Of a stretch of 64,000 bases of DNA, positions 34,905 through 46,698 are shown piece after piece. The notes under the pieces are model-generated. The model was given only the letters and a program-made list of their open reading frames with translations. It made no database searches and was not told the origin of the DNA. The stretch is taken from positions 47,184,001-47,248,000 of the forward strand of contig CM059432.1 of assembly GCA_030390025.1 (NCBI GenBank), given 5' to 3'. The stretch is from Squalus acanthias (lineage: Eukaryota). The translations under genes were made by a program, and so were the position numbers. Within the stretch, counting starts at the first letter, position 1. The number at the start of each line of letters is the position of its first letter.

Positions 34905-35319
34905 GTCTACCGACCTTATTTTGAAGCTATTAGCTCCTTATTAATACCGACTTAGTCAAGTTAACTCAGCTCCACTACATAATACTAGTGAGCATTTTAA
35001 GTTAATACGATTGAAAACACAAAGTTTAATTTGAAGAACAGGATTCATTTTGACTTAAATTAACTTTTATGTTATACTGCAAAATCGTAGCAGAGGTCAG
35101 CAAAAATATTCCACTGCCCAGTCATTTAAAATTGATTGTACTTTACTGTGTTAACTTTACAATATTTTAAGTCAAAGCTGATTTTGTACATCACGGTCAT
35201 TTCTGAACAAAGTTTCCTGTTTCAAGCCTGAAACTCTAATCTGTGTGAGACTCCGTTTATTGCACTTTACAGCCCCTATATCGCCAACAAGTCAAGTCAA
35301 TTTTCTGTCTTGATTGAAT

Positions 35320-36410
35320 GTGTTTTCACCTCCCAAATCCATGCCCATCCCCAAACAACTCCCTGTTTGACACGGTCGACTACACCACCCCCTCCATTGT
35401 CCAACATAAGAAATAGGAGCAGGAGTAGGCCATACAGCTCCTCACGTTGTCCAGCTCAGTTGGATTGCGTGATCCCACTCACATATCCAATCATAATCAG
35501 AGCATTTCCAGTAGTGGCATCTCTTCCCAGCCTAACAATGATATCCCCAGAACCCCTCCAAGGATCTATCCTTGGCCTCCTCCTCTTCCTCATCTACATA
35601 CTTCCCCTTGGCAGATCATCCGCAGATGTGACATGCAGCTTTACTTCTCCAACACCTTTCTACCCCTCCACTGTCTCTGTGCCAAACTGTTTGTCTGATA
35701 TCGAATCTTGGATGAGCCACAATTTGCTCCAGCTAAACACGGCAAAAGCCAAAGCCTTTGTCTTCGGCCCCCACCACAAACTTCATACGCTCGCCAGTAA
35801 AGCCAAACCTCTTCCTGGTCATCGTCTCAGGCTGAACCAGACTGTTCACACCCCCAGGGTCCTATGTGGCTCTGAGCTGACCTTCCAACCCCATATCCTC
35901 TCCACCACAAAAACCGTCTACTTCCACCTCCCTATCACTCGCCTCCACCCCTACCTTATCCCATCTGCTGCTGAAATCCTTATCCATGCCTTTGCCACCT
36001 CCAGACTCGATCATTCCAATATTCCAATGCTCCCTTGACCAGCACTCCATTCTCCACTCTCTGTAATCTAATCCAAAACTCTGCCTCCTCTAGCCTGTCT
36101 TGCTCATATATCACCCCTTGTCCTCATTGACTTGCATTGGCTCTTTTACCCCAATTCCTCAAATTTAAAATTCTCATCCTTGTGTTGAAAATCCTTTATG
36201 CCTCGCCCCTCCCTATCTGTGTAACTTTCTTCAGCCCTACAACACCTTCCCACCCCCACCCCTGCCAAATTCTCCATTCCACTGACTCTTTTGGTCATCC
36301 CTCCTAATATAATCTTCTTTGGCTTATCATCCATTTTTTCATTACACCTCTGCAGTGCTTTGAGATGTTCTTCTATATTAAAGGCACTGTATCAATTTAA
36401 GTTGTTCTTG
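35320..36410 (+). mobile_element. Old, deleted L2 LINE
   Basis: QGSILG..FLIY, CLSDIESWMSHNLLQLN, ILIHAFATSRLD. Degenerate 3' tail. Confidence 0.8.
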
Positions 36411-36641
36411 TTGGGGCATTCCTAGCCATAATCAAACCAGGTGATTTTTGGGTATTGCACAAGCATCAGGAACAAAGGGCTGAAACACTGACTGCTACTC
36501 TCAGGAAGCAAGCGTTTGGCAATATGAAGTTTACTGGTGATGCCAAATTAGAGAGCTTGGCACGCTGTGAGAAAGAATTAAGGTGATCTCAGCTCCAACC
36601 ATTCCAATTTTTGCCATCACCACCTGTAAATACCTAAATGT

Positions 36642-36768
36642 GATAGATAGTAGATTGGCGGTTAGGATCAGATCAGCCATGATCTTATTGAATGGCGGAG
36701 CAGGCTCGAGGGGCCGATTGGCCTACTCCTGCTCCTATTTCTTATGTTCTTATGTTCTTATGTTCTTA
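36642..36768 (+). mobile_element. Very short CR1 3'-end insertion (family F)
   Basis: Nearly identical to 39089-39192. (TTCTTATG)n tail. TSD TAAATGT at 36635-36641 and 36769-36775. Confidence 0.85.
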
Positions 36769-36869
36769 TAAATGTAGACATTCCTCTCCCAATCACAGAC
36801 ACATGACCATCCTACATACTCTCTGACTGAACGGTACTTCCCTCCACTAGTAACCCTAAAACAAGCGTA

Positions 36870-39192
36870 CTGAGCTTGAATAAAGGAGACTATGATGGTA
36901 TGAGAGCGGAATTGATTAAAGTGGACTGGGAAAATAGATTAAAGGGTAAGACGGTACATGAGCAGTGGTGTTCATTTAAGGAGTTATTTTACAACTTTCA
37001 AAAAATATATATTCCACTGAGGAAAAAAGGGTGTAAAAGAAATGACAGCCATCCGTGGCTAAGTAAAGAAATTAAGGATAGTATCCGACTAAAAACAAGG
37101 ATGTATAAGGTAGCCAAACTTAGTGGGAGGATAGAAGATTGGGAAGTCTTCAAAAGACAGCAAAAAGTAACTAAAGGATTGATTAAGAAAGGGAAGATAG
37201 ATTATGAAAATAAATTAGCAAAAAATATAAAAATAGATAGCAAGAGTTTCTATAGTTATATAAAAAGAAAAAGGGTGGTTAAGGCAAACGTAGGTCCCTT
37301 AGAGGATGAGACTGGGAAATTAATGGTGGGAAACATGGAGATGGCAAAAATGCTGAACAAATATTTTGTTTCAATCTTTACGGTAGAGGACACTAAGAAT
37401 ATCCCAACACTGGACAAACAGGGGGCTCTAGGGGGGGAGGCGCTAAATACGATTAAAATCACTAAGGAATTGGTACTCAGTAAAATAATGGGACTCAAGG
37501 CGGATAAATCCCCTGGACCTGATGGCGTACATCCTAGGGTCTTGAGGGAAGTGGCAGTAGGGATTGTGGATGCTTTGGTAATAATTTTCCAAAATTCCCT
37601 GGACTCAGCAAAGGTCCCGGCAGATTGGAAAACTGCTAATGTAACACCCTTATTTAAAAAGGGTAGTAGGCAGAAGGCTGGAAATTATAGACCAGTTAGC
37701 CTAACATCTGTGGTGGGTAAAATTTTGGAGTCTATTATTAAGGAGACAGTAACGGAACATTTAGATAAACATAATTTAATAGGACAAAGTCAGCATGGCT
37801 TTATGAAGGGGAAGTCATGTCTGACAAATTTGCTTGAGTTCTTTGAGGACATAACGTACAGGGTGGATAAAGGGGAACCAGTGGACGTAGTGTATTTAGA
37901 CTTCCAGAAGGCATTCGACAAGGTGCCACATAAAAGATTATTGCTCAAGATAAAAAAATCACTGGATTGGGGGTAATATTCTGGCATGGGTGGAGGATTG
38001 GTTATCTAACAGGAAGCAGAGAGTTGGGATAAATGGTTCATTCTCGGACTGGCAACCAGTAGCCAGTGGTGTTCCGCAGGGGTCGGTGCTGGGTCCCCAA
38101 CTCTTTACAATCTATATTAACGATTTGGAGGAGGGGACCGAGTGTAACATATCAAAGTTTGCAGATGATACAAAGATGGGAGGGAAAGTAGAAAGTGAGG
38201 AGGACATAAAAAACCTACAAGGGGATATAGACAGGCTGGGTGAGTGGGCGGAGATTTGGCAGATGCAATACAATATTGGAAAATGTGAGGTTATGCACTT
38301 TGGCAGGAAAAATCAGAGAGCAAGTTATTATCTTAATGGCGAGAAACTGGAAAGTACTGCAGTACAAAGGGATCTGGGGGTCCTAGTGCAAGAAAATCAA
38401 AAAGTTAGTATGCAGGTGCAGCAGGTGATCAAGAAGGCCAACGGAATGTTGGCTTTTATTGCTAGGGGGATAGATTATAAAAACAGGGAGGTATTGCTGC
38501 AGTTATATAAGGTATTGGTGAGACCGCACCTGGAATACTGCATACAGTTTTGGTGTCCATACTTAAGAAAAGACATACTTGCTCTCGAGGCAGTACAAAG
38601 AAGGTTCACTCAGTTAATCCCGGGGATGAGGGGGTGGACATATGAGGAGAGGTTGAGTAGATTGGGACTCTACTCATTGGAGTTCAGAAGAATGAGAGGC
38701 GATCTTATTGAAACATATAAGATTGTGAAGGGGCTTGATCGGGTGGATGCGGTAAAGATGTTCCCAAGGATGGGTGAAACTAGAACGAGGGGGCATAATC
38801 TTAGAATAAGGGGCTGCTCTTTCAAAACTGAGATGAGGAGGAACTTCTTCACTCAGAGGGTAGTAGGTCTGTGGAATTTGCTGCCCCAGGAAGCTGTGGA
38901 AGCTACATCGTTAAATAAATTTAAAACAGAAATAGACAGTTTCCTAGAAGTAAAGGGAATTAAGGGTTACGGGGAGCGGGCAGGAAATTGGACATGAGGC
39001 TGAGTTCGGATCAGTCAAGGTCCTGTGGGTGGCGGAGCGGGCCCAGGGGCTGAGTGGCCAGGTCCTGCTCCTACTTCTTGTGTTCTTTAGATTTGAGGTT
39101 AGGATCAGATCAGCCATGATCTTATTGAATGGTGGAGCAGGCTCGAGGGGCCGATTGGCCTACTCCTGCTCCTATTTCTTATGTTCTTATGT
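36870..39192 (+). mobile_element. Young CR1 LINE (family F), 5'-truncated; ORF2 broken by one frameshift; duplicated 3' module
   Basis: ORFs 36876-37976 and 37990-38997 are separated by a slip in the A-run near 37952. All RT motifs are present. Confidence 0.93.
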
Positions 39193-39511
39193 ACTCAATA
39201 CCTCTATTTATGAAGCCCAAGATCCCATATGCTTTGTTAACCACTCTCTCAATATGTCCCGCCACCTTCAGGGACCTATGCACATTAACTCCCAGGTCCC
39301 ACTGTCCCTGCACACTCCTTAAAACTGTGCCATTAAGTGTATATTGCCTCTCCCTGTTCCTTCTGCCAAAATGCGTCACCTCACACTTCTCTGTATTAAA
39401 TTCCATCTGCCACTGTCTGCCCATTCTGCTAGCCTTTCTATGTCCTGTTGCAGTCGATTGGTATCATCATCACTGTTTGCCACACCCCCAAGTTTGGTGT
39501 CGTCGGCAAAT
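39191..39511 (-). mobile_element. CR1 internal fragment (family E-like)
   Basis: [35 protein letters not shown]. Confidence 0.85.
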
Positions 39512-40105
39512 TTCTTGAACAGCTGCAGTCCGTGTGGTGAAGGTACTCCCACAGTGCTGTTAGGGAGGGAGTTCCAGGATTTTGACCCAGCGACGATGAA
39601 GGAATGCCGATATACTTCCACGTCAGGATAGTGTGTGACTTGGAGGGGAACTTGGAGGTGGTGGTGTTCCCATGCGTCTGCTGCCCTTGTCCTTCTAGGT
39701 GGAAGAGGTAGTGGGTTTGGGAGGGGCTGCCGAAGAAGCCTTGGCGAGTTTCCTGCAGTGCATCTTGTAGATGGAACACACTGCAGCCACAGTACGCCGG
39801 TGATGGAAGGAGTGAATGTTTAAGGTGGTGGATGAGATGCCAATCAAGCAGGCTGCTTTGTCCTGGATGGTGTCGAGCTTCCTGAGTGTTGTTGGAGCTG
39901 CACTCATCCAGGCAAGTGGAGAGTATTCCATCACACTCCTGACTTGTTCCTTGTAGACGGTGGAAAGGTTTTGGGGAGTCAGGAGGTGAGACACTCGCCG
40001 CAGAATACCCAGTCTCTGACCTGCTTTTGTTGCCACAGTATTTATGTGGCTGGTCCAGTTAAGTTTCTGGTCAATGGTGACCCCCAGGATGTTGATGGTG
40101 GGGGA
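39512..40105 (-). mobile_element. Family-C LINE fragment
   Basis: Reverse-complement match to 12955-13545. Confidence 0.88.
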
Positions 40106-40800
40106 TATCTGATGAAATCATGAAGAAATTCATTGCCGCATACTTTAAAAAGTCTGTTTGACACAATTGAACTGAATGCATTTTCAATTAGCTCAGTTTT
40201 CCTTTCCAAACTTATACCCATTCCTATTCCAAACAATTCTTCATTCAAGCTGAACTAATTGAACAAACAGTAAGCAAACTTACGAGTAAGAAAACATTTA
40301 CTTTCATCCAACTAATTATGAGAAGTAATATAATGGTGGTTTAGTACGTCTGGGCTTCATTTATAAACTGCAATGTGCCCTTGAAATGTTTAAAAATGGA
40401 TCTAAAACAGAGAAATGCTACAAAATTCAGCATCTGTTTTGTAAATCAGGACAAATATCCCTGTCAAACAACAGTGAACACAAGGGCAGCAAATTTTATT
40501 CAAGCTCTCTTAGGACTGACAAATGATATTCATGGCCTCTTCTGCATGTCCATTTGAGAGACAAGTACAGAAAGTTTCAAAGTCACAGAACCACTCAAAG
40601 TACAGCAGATACATCTCGACTGTTCGGAAAGCTGTCATGAAACTCTGCATCAGCAAGCACTGCACTGTAGAAATGCACATGCAAATGAAAATGAGGAAAA
40701 CACACAGGATTTTTCAGTTTGATGAAATTAAGTGACGATTACTTTCTAATTTCTGTCAGCAGTATGTGGTGATTTTGCTGTACCTTAAAGTAACAAAGCA

Positions 40801-40890
40801 ACGAGAGCACAAGTGAGTTATGCCCAGATAGAGAAAGAGACACTTGCAATTATTTTTGGATCTCAAAGATTCCACCAATTCATCTATGTT
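40801..40890 (+). mobile_element. Ty3/Gypsy pol RNase H fragment
   Basis: 40819-40887 translates to YAQIEKETLAIIFGSQRFHQFIY. Confidence 0.75.
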
Positions 40891-41177
40891 AAGGAAAGCA
40901 AAGTAACAACACCACAAATAAAGGTTCTGTTAATTGTAACTGTATCATCTTAAATCACAGATTTTTAAATGGGGGCTCCCAAACCTAGGGGATCTGTAAG
41001 GAGAAACCAGAGGAAATCTTTCTGCCTGTCTGTGTGCTAAAGTTAGTAACCCTTTCTTACCCATGTCTCCTAACAGTGGAGGGGGGGGCGGGGGGGGGAG
41101 GGGTGGTGATGGTGGTGGAGCAGGGTCTCATGTAGGGGAAGTGTGGGCATGCCTGCAGTAGTAGATACTTAGACGTT

Positions 41178-41562
41178 CATCTCATTGAAACGTATAAAAT
41201 TCTGACAGGGCTAGACAGACTGGATGCAGGGAGGATGTTTCCCCTGGCTGGGGGGTCTAGAACGAGGGGTCACAGTCTCAGGATACGGGGTAGGACATTT
41301 AGGACTGAGATGAGGAGAAATTTCTTCTCTCAGAGGGTGGTGAACCTGTGGAATTCTCGACCACAGAAGGCTGTGGAGGCCAAGTCACTGAATATATTTA
41401 AGAAGGAGATAGATAGATTTCTAGACACAAGAGGCGTCAAAGGGTATGGGGAGGGAGCGGGAATATGGTATTGAGATAGAGGATCAGCCATGATCATATT
41501 GAATGGCGGAGCAGGCTCGATGGGCTGAATGGCCTACTCCTGCTCCTATTTTTCTATGTTTC
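41178..41562 (+). mobile_element. CR1 3' fragment (family D)
   Basis: MFPLAGGSRTRGHSL..GIWY* followed by the 3'UTR. Confidence 0.92.
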
Positions 41563-42512
41563 CTTGTGGAGCCCAGAGGAGCAGTCTTTCTGACCCCACA
41601 AAGAAAACTTTTTTCACTCACCTTTTGGGGCCTCTGCTGGGTGTCCAGTAGGTTTCGCTGGTTGGAACCATCATGGCGATCACACCACCCATTAGGCAGT
41701 TTAAAGTTGCCTCGGGATTCTATCTGATATGAGCTCAACCACCCGGCATTAAAAACGCCACGAAGAGCAAAACGAGTCGCTCAATTTTAGCTCCCACTCT
41801 GCCTGGTTTCCACCAGGTGAGGAGAGTTAAGCCTCCCTTCCCCCTCTATGGAATCAGAAGCAATCTTGCGGCATGGAAACTGGTTGGAAGGTAGGAGGCG
41901 GAGATGTGGGTCAAATGGTATCAGTGCTAGGAATCCAACTTATCACTCTTTGGGTAAATGCCCTGGATTTTGGAATTAAGGGGTGTGTATCCAAGATTGA
42001 AAATGATACTTAACAATGAGGTAGTGAACTGTGAAGAAGAGAACAGAGATTTGCAAAAAGGCTTAGACAGATTAAGTGAGTGGGTGGAGCAATGGGCGAT
42101 GCTGTTTAACACAACAAAATGAGCTAGTACACTTTGTACACAAGAATGACAGATGAGAGTACAATCTAAATGAGAAAGATGAGGGGAAGACAGATGATCA
42201 AAGGGATTTAGGGTCCAGATACATAACTCACTAAAAGCTTGCTTGCAGGTGCACACAGTGATCAAAAAGCCTAATAGAATTCTGAGGATGATAATAAGAG
42301 TTATACAAAGTAAAAGCTAAGAAGTGCTACAGAAATTTTACACAAACAGGTCAGACCTTATTTGGAATATTGTGCTCAGTTTTAGGTGCTCACCTTAGGA
42401 AGAATATATTAGTACAAAAGCAGAATACTGTAGATGCTGGAAATCTGAAATAAAAACAGAAAATGCTGGGAATACTCAGCATGTCAAGCAGCGTCTGTGC
42501 AGAGAGAAATAA

Positions 42513-42549
42513 AGTTAATATTTCAGGTCGATGGCCTTTCATCAGAACT
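42513..42549 (-). ncRNA. Hammerhead motif, diverged copy
   Basis: AGTT-CTGATGA-AAGGCC ATC GACCT-GAAATATT-AACT. Core boxes are intact, stem II has a mismatch, and helix III is still palindromic (AATATT). Confidence 0.65.
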
Positions 42550-44013
42550 GGAAAAAGTTAGAGATGTAACAGGTTTTAAGCAAGTGCCAAGGCAGGTAAA
42601 GGGGGAGGGGAGGAAAGAACAAAAGGGAAGGTCTGTGATAGGGTAGAAGGCAGGAGAAATTAAATGACAAAAGGGATGATGGTGCAAGGCAAAGTAATGG
42701 GACAAGTAAAAAACCAAAAGATGGGTCTGGAGGAGGTGTAAATGGCAAAAGTAGAATTATTACCAACAGCTGCTGTCCAAAACAATAGGAGCAGTGATTA
42801 TGATCTGAACTTAGTCCAGAAGGCTGTAAAGTGCCTAATTGAAAGATGAGGTGCTGTTCCTCGAGCTTTCGTTGAGCTTCATTAGAACAGTGTAGGAGGC
42901 CAAGGAGAGAGCGGTCAGAGTGGGAGCGGAGCGGAGATTTAAAATGACAGGCTCAGGGTCACACTTGCAGATTGAATGGAGGTGTTCCACAAAGCGGTCA
43001 CCCAATCTGCATTTGGTCTCCCCAATGTAGAGGAGACTGCATTGTGAGCAGCGAATACAGTATACTAAATTGAAAGAAGTACAAGTAAATCATTGTTTCA
43101 CCTGGAAGGAGTGTTTGGAGCCCTGGATGGTGGGAAGGGAGGAGCTAAAAGGGCAGGTGTTGCATTTCCTGGACTTGCACGGGAAGCTGCCGTTGGAAGG
43201 GGAGGGAATGTTGGCAGTGATTGAAGAGTGGACCAGGGTGTCGCAGAGGGAACGGTCCCTTCGGAATGCTGAAAAGGGGAAGGGGAGGGGAAAATGTGTT
43301 TGGTGGTGGGATCACGCTGGAGGTGGATGACAATCCGTTGAATGTGGAGGCTTATGGGTTGGAAGGTGGAGCCAAGGGGAACCCTATTGTGGTTCTGGGA
43401 GGAAGGGGAAGGGGTGAGAGCATAAGTGCGAGAAATGGGACAGACACGGTCGAGGGCCATGTCAATCATGGTGGAGGAGATTCCTTGGTTGAGGAAAAAG
43501 GAAGACATATCAGAAGCACTGCTATGGAAGGTAGCATTGTCAGACAGATGCTACGGAGACGGAGAAACTGGGAGAATTGAATAGAGTGGGAGGAAGTATA
43601 GTCAAGGTAGCTGCGGGAGTCGGTGGGCTTATAGTAGATATTGGTTGACAGTCTATCCCCAGAAATAGAGATAGAGAAGTCGAGGAAGGGAAGGGAAGGG
43701 AATAGTTGGAGCTACACCATGTGAAGGTGAGGGAAGGGTGGAAATTGGAAGCAAAATTGATGAAATTTTCCAGTACGGGGTAAAAGCAAGAAACGGCACC
43801 AACACAGTCATCAATGTACTGGAAAAAGAGGTGAGGAAGGGGACCTGAGTAGAACTGGAACAAAGAATGTTCCACATATCCCACGAAAATGCAGGCATAG
43901 ATCAGACCCATATGGGTACCCATAGCAACATCTTTTATTTGGAGGAAGTGAGTGGAGTCAAAGGAGAAGTTGTTCAATGGAAGAACAGGTTCAGCCAGGC
44001 AGAGGATGGTGGT

Positions 44014-44177
44014 AAACATTCCTGTTAAACTGCGTGGCTGTGCAGCGGTCTGGAGGTCCCGCGCAGGCCGCTCATCAGCTTTTAAATGGGAGAAACCGCG
44101 CATGCGTGAAAATTTGAATGGGCCACGCAGCCACTTAAAGGGAGCACGCACTCAATAAAAAATTAGAGGGAACATTG
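44014..44177. mobile_element. hAT-type MITE nested in the PLE RT region
   Basis: Right TIR TTAGAGGGAACATTG; degenerate left TIR aaacattcctgttaa. 8-bp TSD ATGGTGGT / GTGGTGGT. Confidence 0.75.
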
Positions 44178-44520
44178 GTGGTGGTGGATGGGGTCTGGTT
44201 GGGCCTCCGTTTAATATACTAGCGTTGGAAAAAGCCCAGCAAAGATTCATCAGTGTGATGAAAGACTGAGCTATGATGAGTAAAAATTGAGTAAATTTAA
44301 GTTATGATTCCTGGCGATGAAGAGATTAAGGGATGATTTCATTGAGGTATTAAATATAACCAAGAGATTTGTGAAGATTCTTCTCTGGAGTAGGGAAATC
44401 CAGAGGAAGGTGACATAATCTTAGAATTTGTCCAAGAAAATCTTCTTCACACAAATGGTTATGAGAATGTGGAATACACTGCTCCAGAAGGCCACAGGTG
44501 CAAAATTAATTGAGTAGTTT

Positions 44521-44640
44521 AACAACAACAACAACTTGCATTTATATAGCACCTTTAAGATAGAAAAACTCCCAAAACGCTTTACGGAGGCATAATCGGA
44601 CAAAAATGGGCATAGAAGGCATATAGGAAGTAAGACTATT
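44521..44640 (-). mobile_element. L2 3' tail fragment
   Basis: (AAC)n ttgcatttatatagcacc, as at 511-560. Confidence 0.8.
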
Positions 44641-45236
44641 AAGGGATATAAGAGGAAAGGCAGGAAATTGGGATTAAAAAGATAGAATTTGTAAGAATAC
44701 TGGGATAGATACACTGACAAGAATATTCATGAACGGTACCAGATGAATCCTTAACACCTTCACCTTAATTCCTCAGCAAGAAACCATCTGGGGATTACCA
44801 TGCAATCCATACATAGATTTTAATGATGCTTAAATTTAGTTCATCAAACTGTCTTACATCAACCAGTTTTGATTATATTAGCACTTACACTATCAACCTC
44901 CCATCAGGATCTGCAAAAGCTATTGAATGAATGAATTAACCCTTTCTTGACAATTATCAAAGAAGAATTAAGACAACAAATTCGTGAACTAACAATTGTT
45001 TATTAACTGTAGAATCATAATTAGCAGCACAAACATTCAGTATATAATATTCAGTAGATAACATTAATTGACAAATTAAATAACAGGTTGCAAAGGCAGT
45101 TCAGTTATGTCAAGAATTAGGCATTGACTGCTTGCTGATCAAACATTTAAGCTGAGATTGATATAAATTGATGAGATTTATTTAAGATTATTCTCTTTAG
45201 AAAGCTGGCAAGTTAACAGCATTAGATAGCCAGTCT

Positions 45237-45902
45237 ACAACAACAACAACTTGTATTTATATAGCACCGTTAACATAGTAAAACGTCCCAATGCACTTCA
45301 CAGGAGCGTTATAAGATAAAAAATTTGACACCGAGCCACATAAGAAGAAATTAGGGCAGATGACCAAAAGCTTGGTCAAAGAGGTAGGTTTTAAGGAGCG
45401 TCTTAAAGGAGGAAAGAGAGGTAGCGAGGCGGAGAGGTTTAGAGAGGGAGTTCCAGAGCTTAGGGCCTAGGCAGGTGAAGGCACGGCCACCAATGGTTGA
45501 GCAATTGTAATCAGAGAAGCTCAAGAGGGCAGAATTTGAGGAGCACAGATATCTCAGGGGGGTTGTGGGGCTGAAGGAGATTACAGAGATAGGGAGGGGT
45601 GAGGCCTTGGAGGGGTTTGAAAACAAGGATGAGAATTTTGAAATCGAGGCGTTACTTAACCAGGAGCCAATGGAGGTCAATGAGCACAGGGGTGATGGGT
45701 GAACAGGACTTGGTGCGAGTTAGGACACAGGCAGCCAAGTTTTGGATGACCTCAAGTTTACGTAGGGTAGAATGTGGGAGGCCAGCCAGGAGTGCATTGG
45801 AATAGTCAAGTCTAGAGGTAACAAAGGCAAGGATGAGGGTTTCAGCAGCAGATGAGCTGAGGCAAGGGCGGAGATGGGCAATGTTACAGAGGTGGAAATA
45901 GG
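45237..45902 (-). mobile_element. L2 3' fragment
   Basis: Close match to 511-1118; GGRAF..GPKLWNSL..FKTLLKTYLF. Confidence 0.92.
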
Positions 45903-46698
45903 TTAATAATAATAGGCTATTAAATAGATTAAAGCCAATATGCTTATAGTTAGCAATATTTCCAGAACTTATTTGACCCCGTCCTTATGAGCTGCCATGG
46001 ATGAACTGGTTGCCTGCCTTCCTCTGGGAGGATGATGTTAACCTTCTGAGACATCAGAGTGATGAACCTCCATTTGCATAGGCGCTATTCATTTTCCTGG
46101 GTAATTTACCAATCTGCACTGGTAGCTGTATCTGGAATAGTTGGCTTAAATCTCACCTCCCTTGACCTCAGGAAGACTTGTACATCTAAGTGACACACTT
46201 ATATCTGCCTGTATCTGGCTGATATAACCGTACAATCTTAACTTCTGTAACTTTTCTCTCACTCTGTCGGAGATGCCCTTTCTATTTTACTGAGACACCC
46301 TTCTACATATACTAGACACAGAACTTCTACACCTTCTACTACAAAGACTGCTACAAATACTATTAAAATAAATAGAACTAAACTAAAAAATACTGAGGAC
46401 TAAAGACTGAGAACTTTAGTGTAAAAACACCATCTTACATATCCTTAATTTCCAAAGAAATCTCAATTATATTGACCAATCTGATTGACACATATGTTAT
46501 AAGAGCTGAGCCCTTCTGGTGTTAACCACATCACACAGCCCTGTTGATACTCCTTATGACTTCCAAATCAATGAAACCCCAGAACCTAAATATGCCAGGT
46601 CACTCATGTCCTCCCTAGCTTCTCAGTTCTTTGTTCACAAAGGGTCTCATACAGGTCCAGATAAGACGAACACCATTATGTCCCCGTTAATGAGCGAT

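Larger units (their letters stand above)
42413..44212 (-). mobile_element. Penelope-like element P1, longer copy (RT and GIY-YIG, decayed)
   Basis: NNFSF..FLQIK.VAMG..YA.IF..YIDD RT motifs. Terminus matches 4167-4690. TSD AATATATTAG / AATATACTAG at 42403-42412 and 44213-44222. Confidence 0.88.
41990..44520 (+). mobile_element. Old CR1 (41990-42412 and 44213-44520) split by a PLE
   Basis: Degenerate RT C-terminal codons (tttggaatattgtgctcagttt; ttcttcacacaaatggtt..tgtggaa). Confidence 0.7.
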
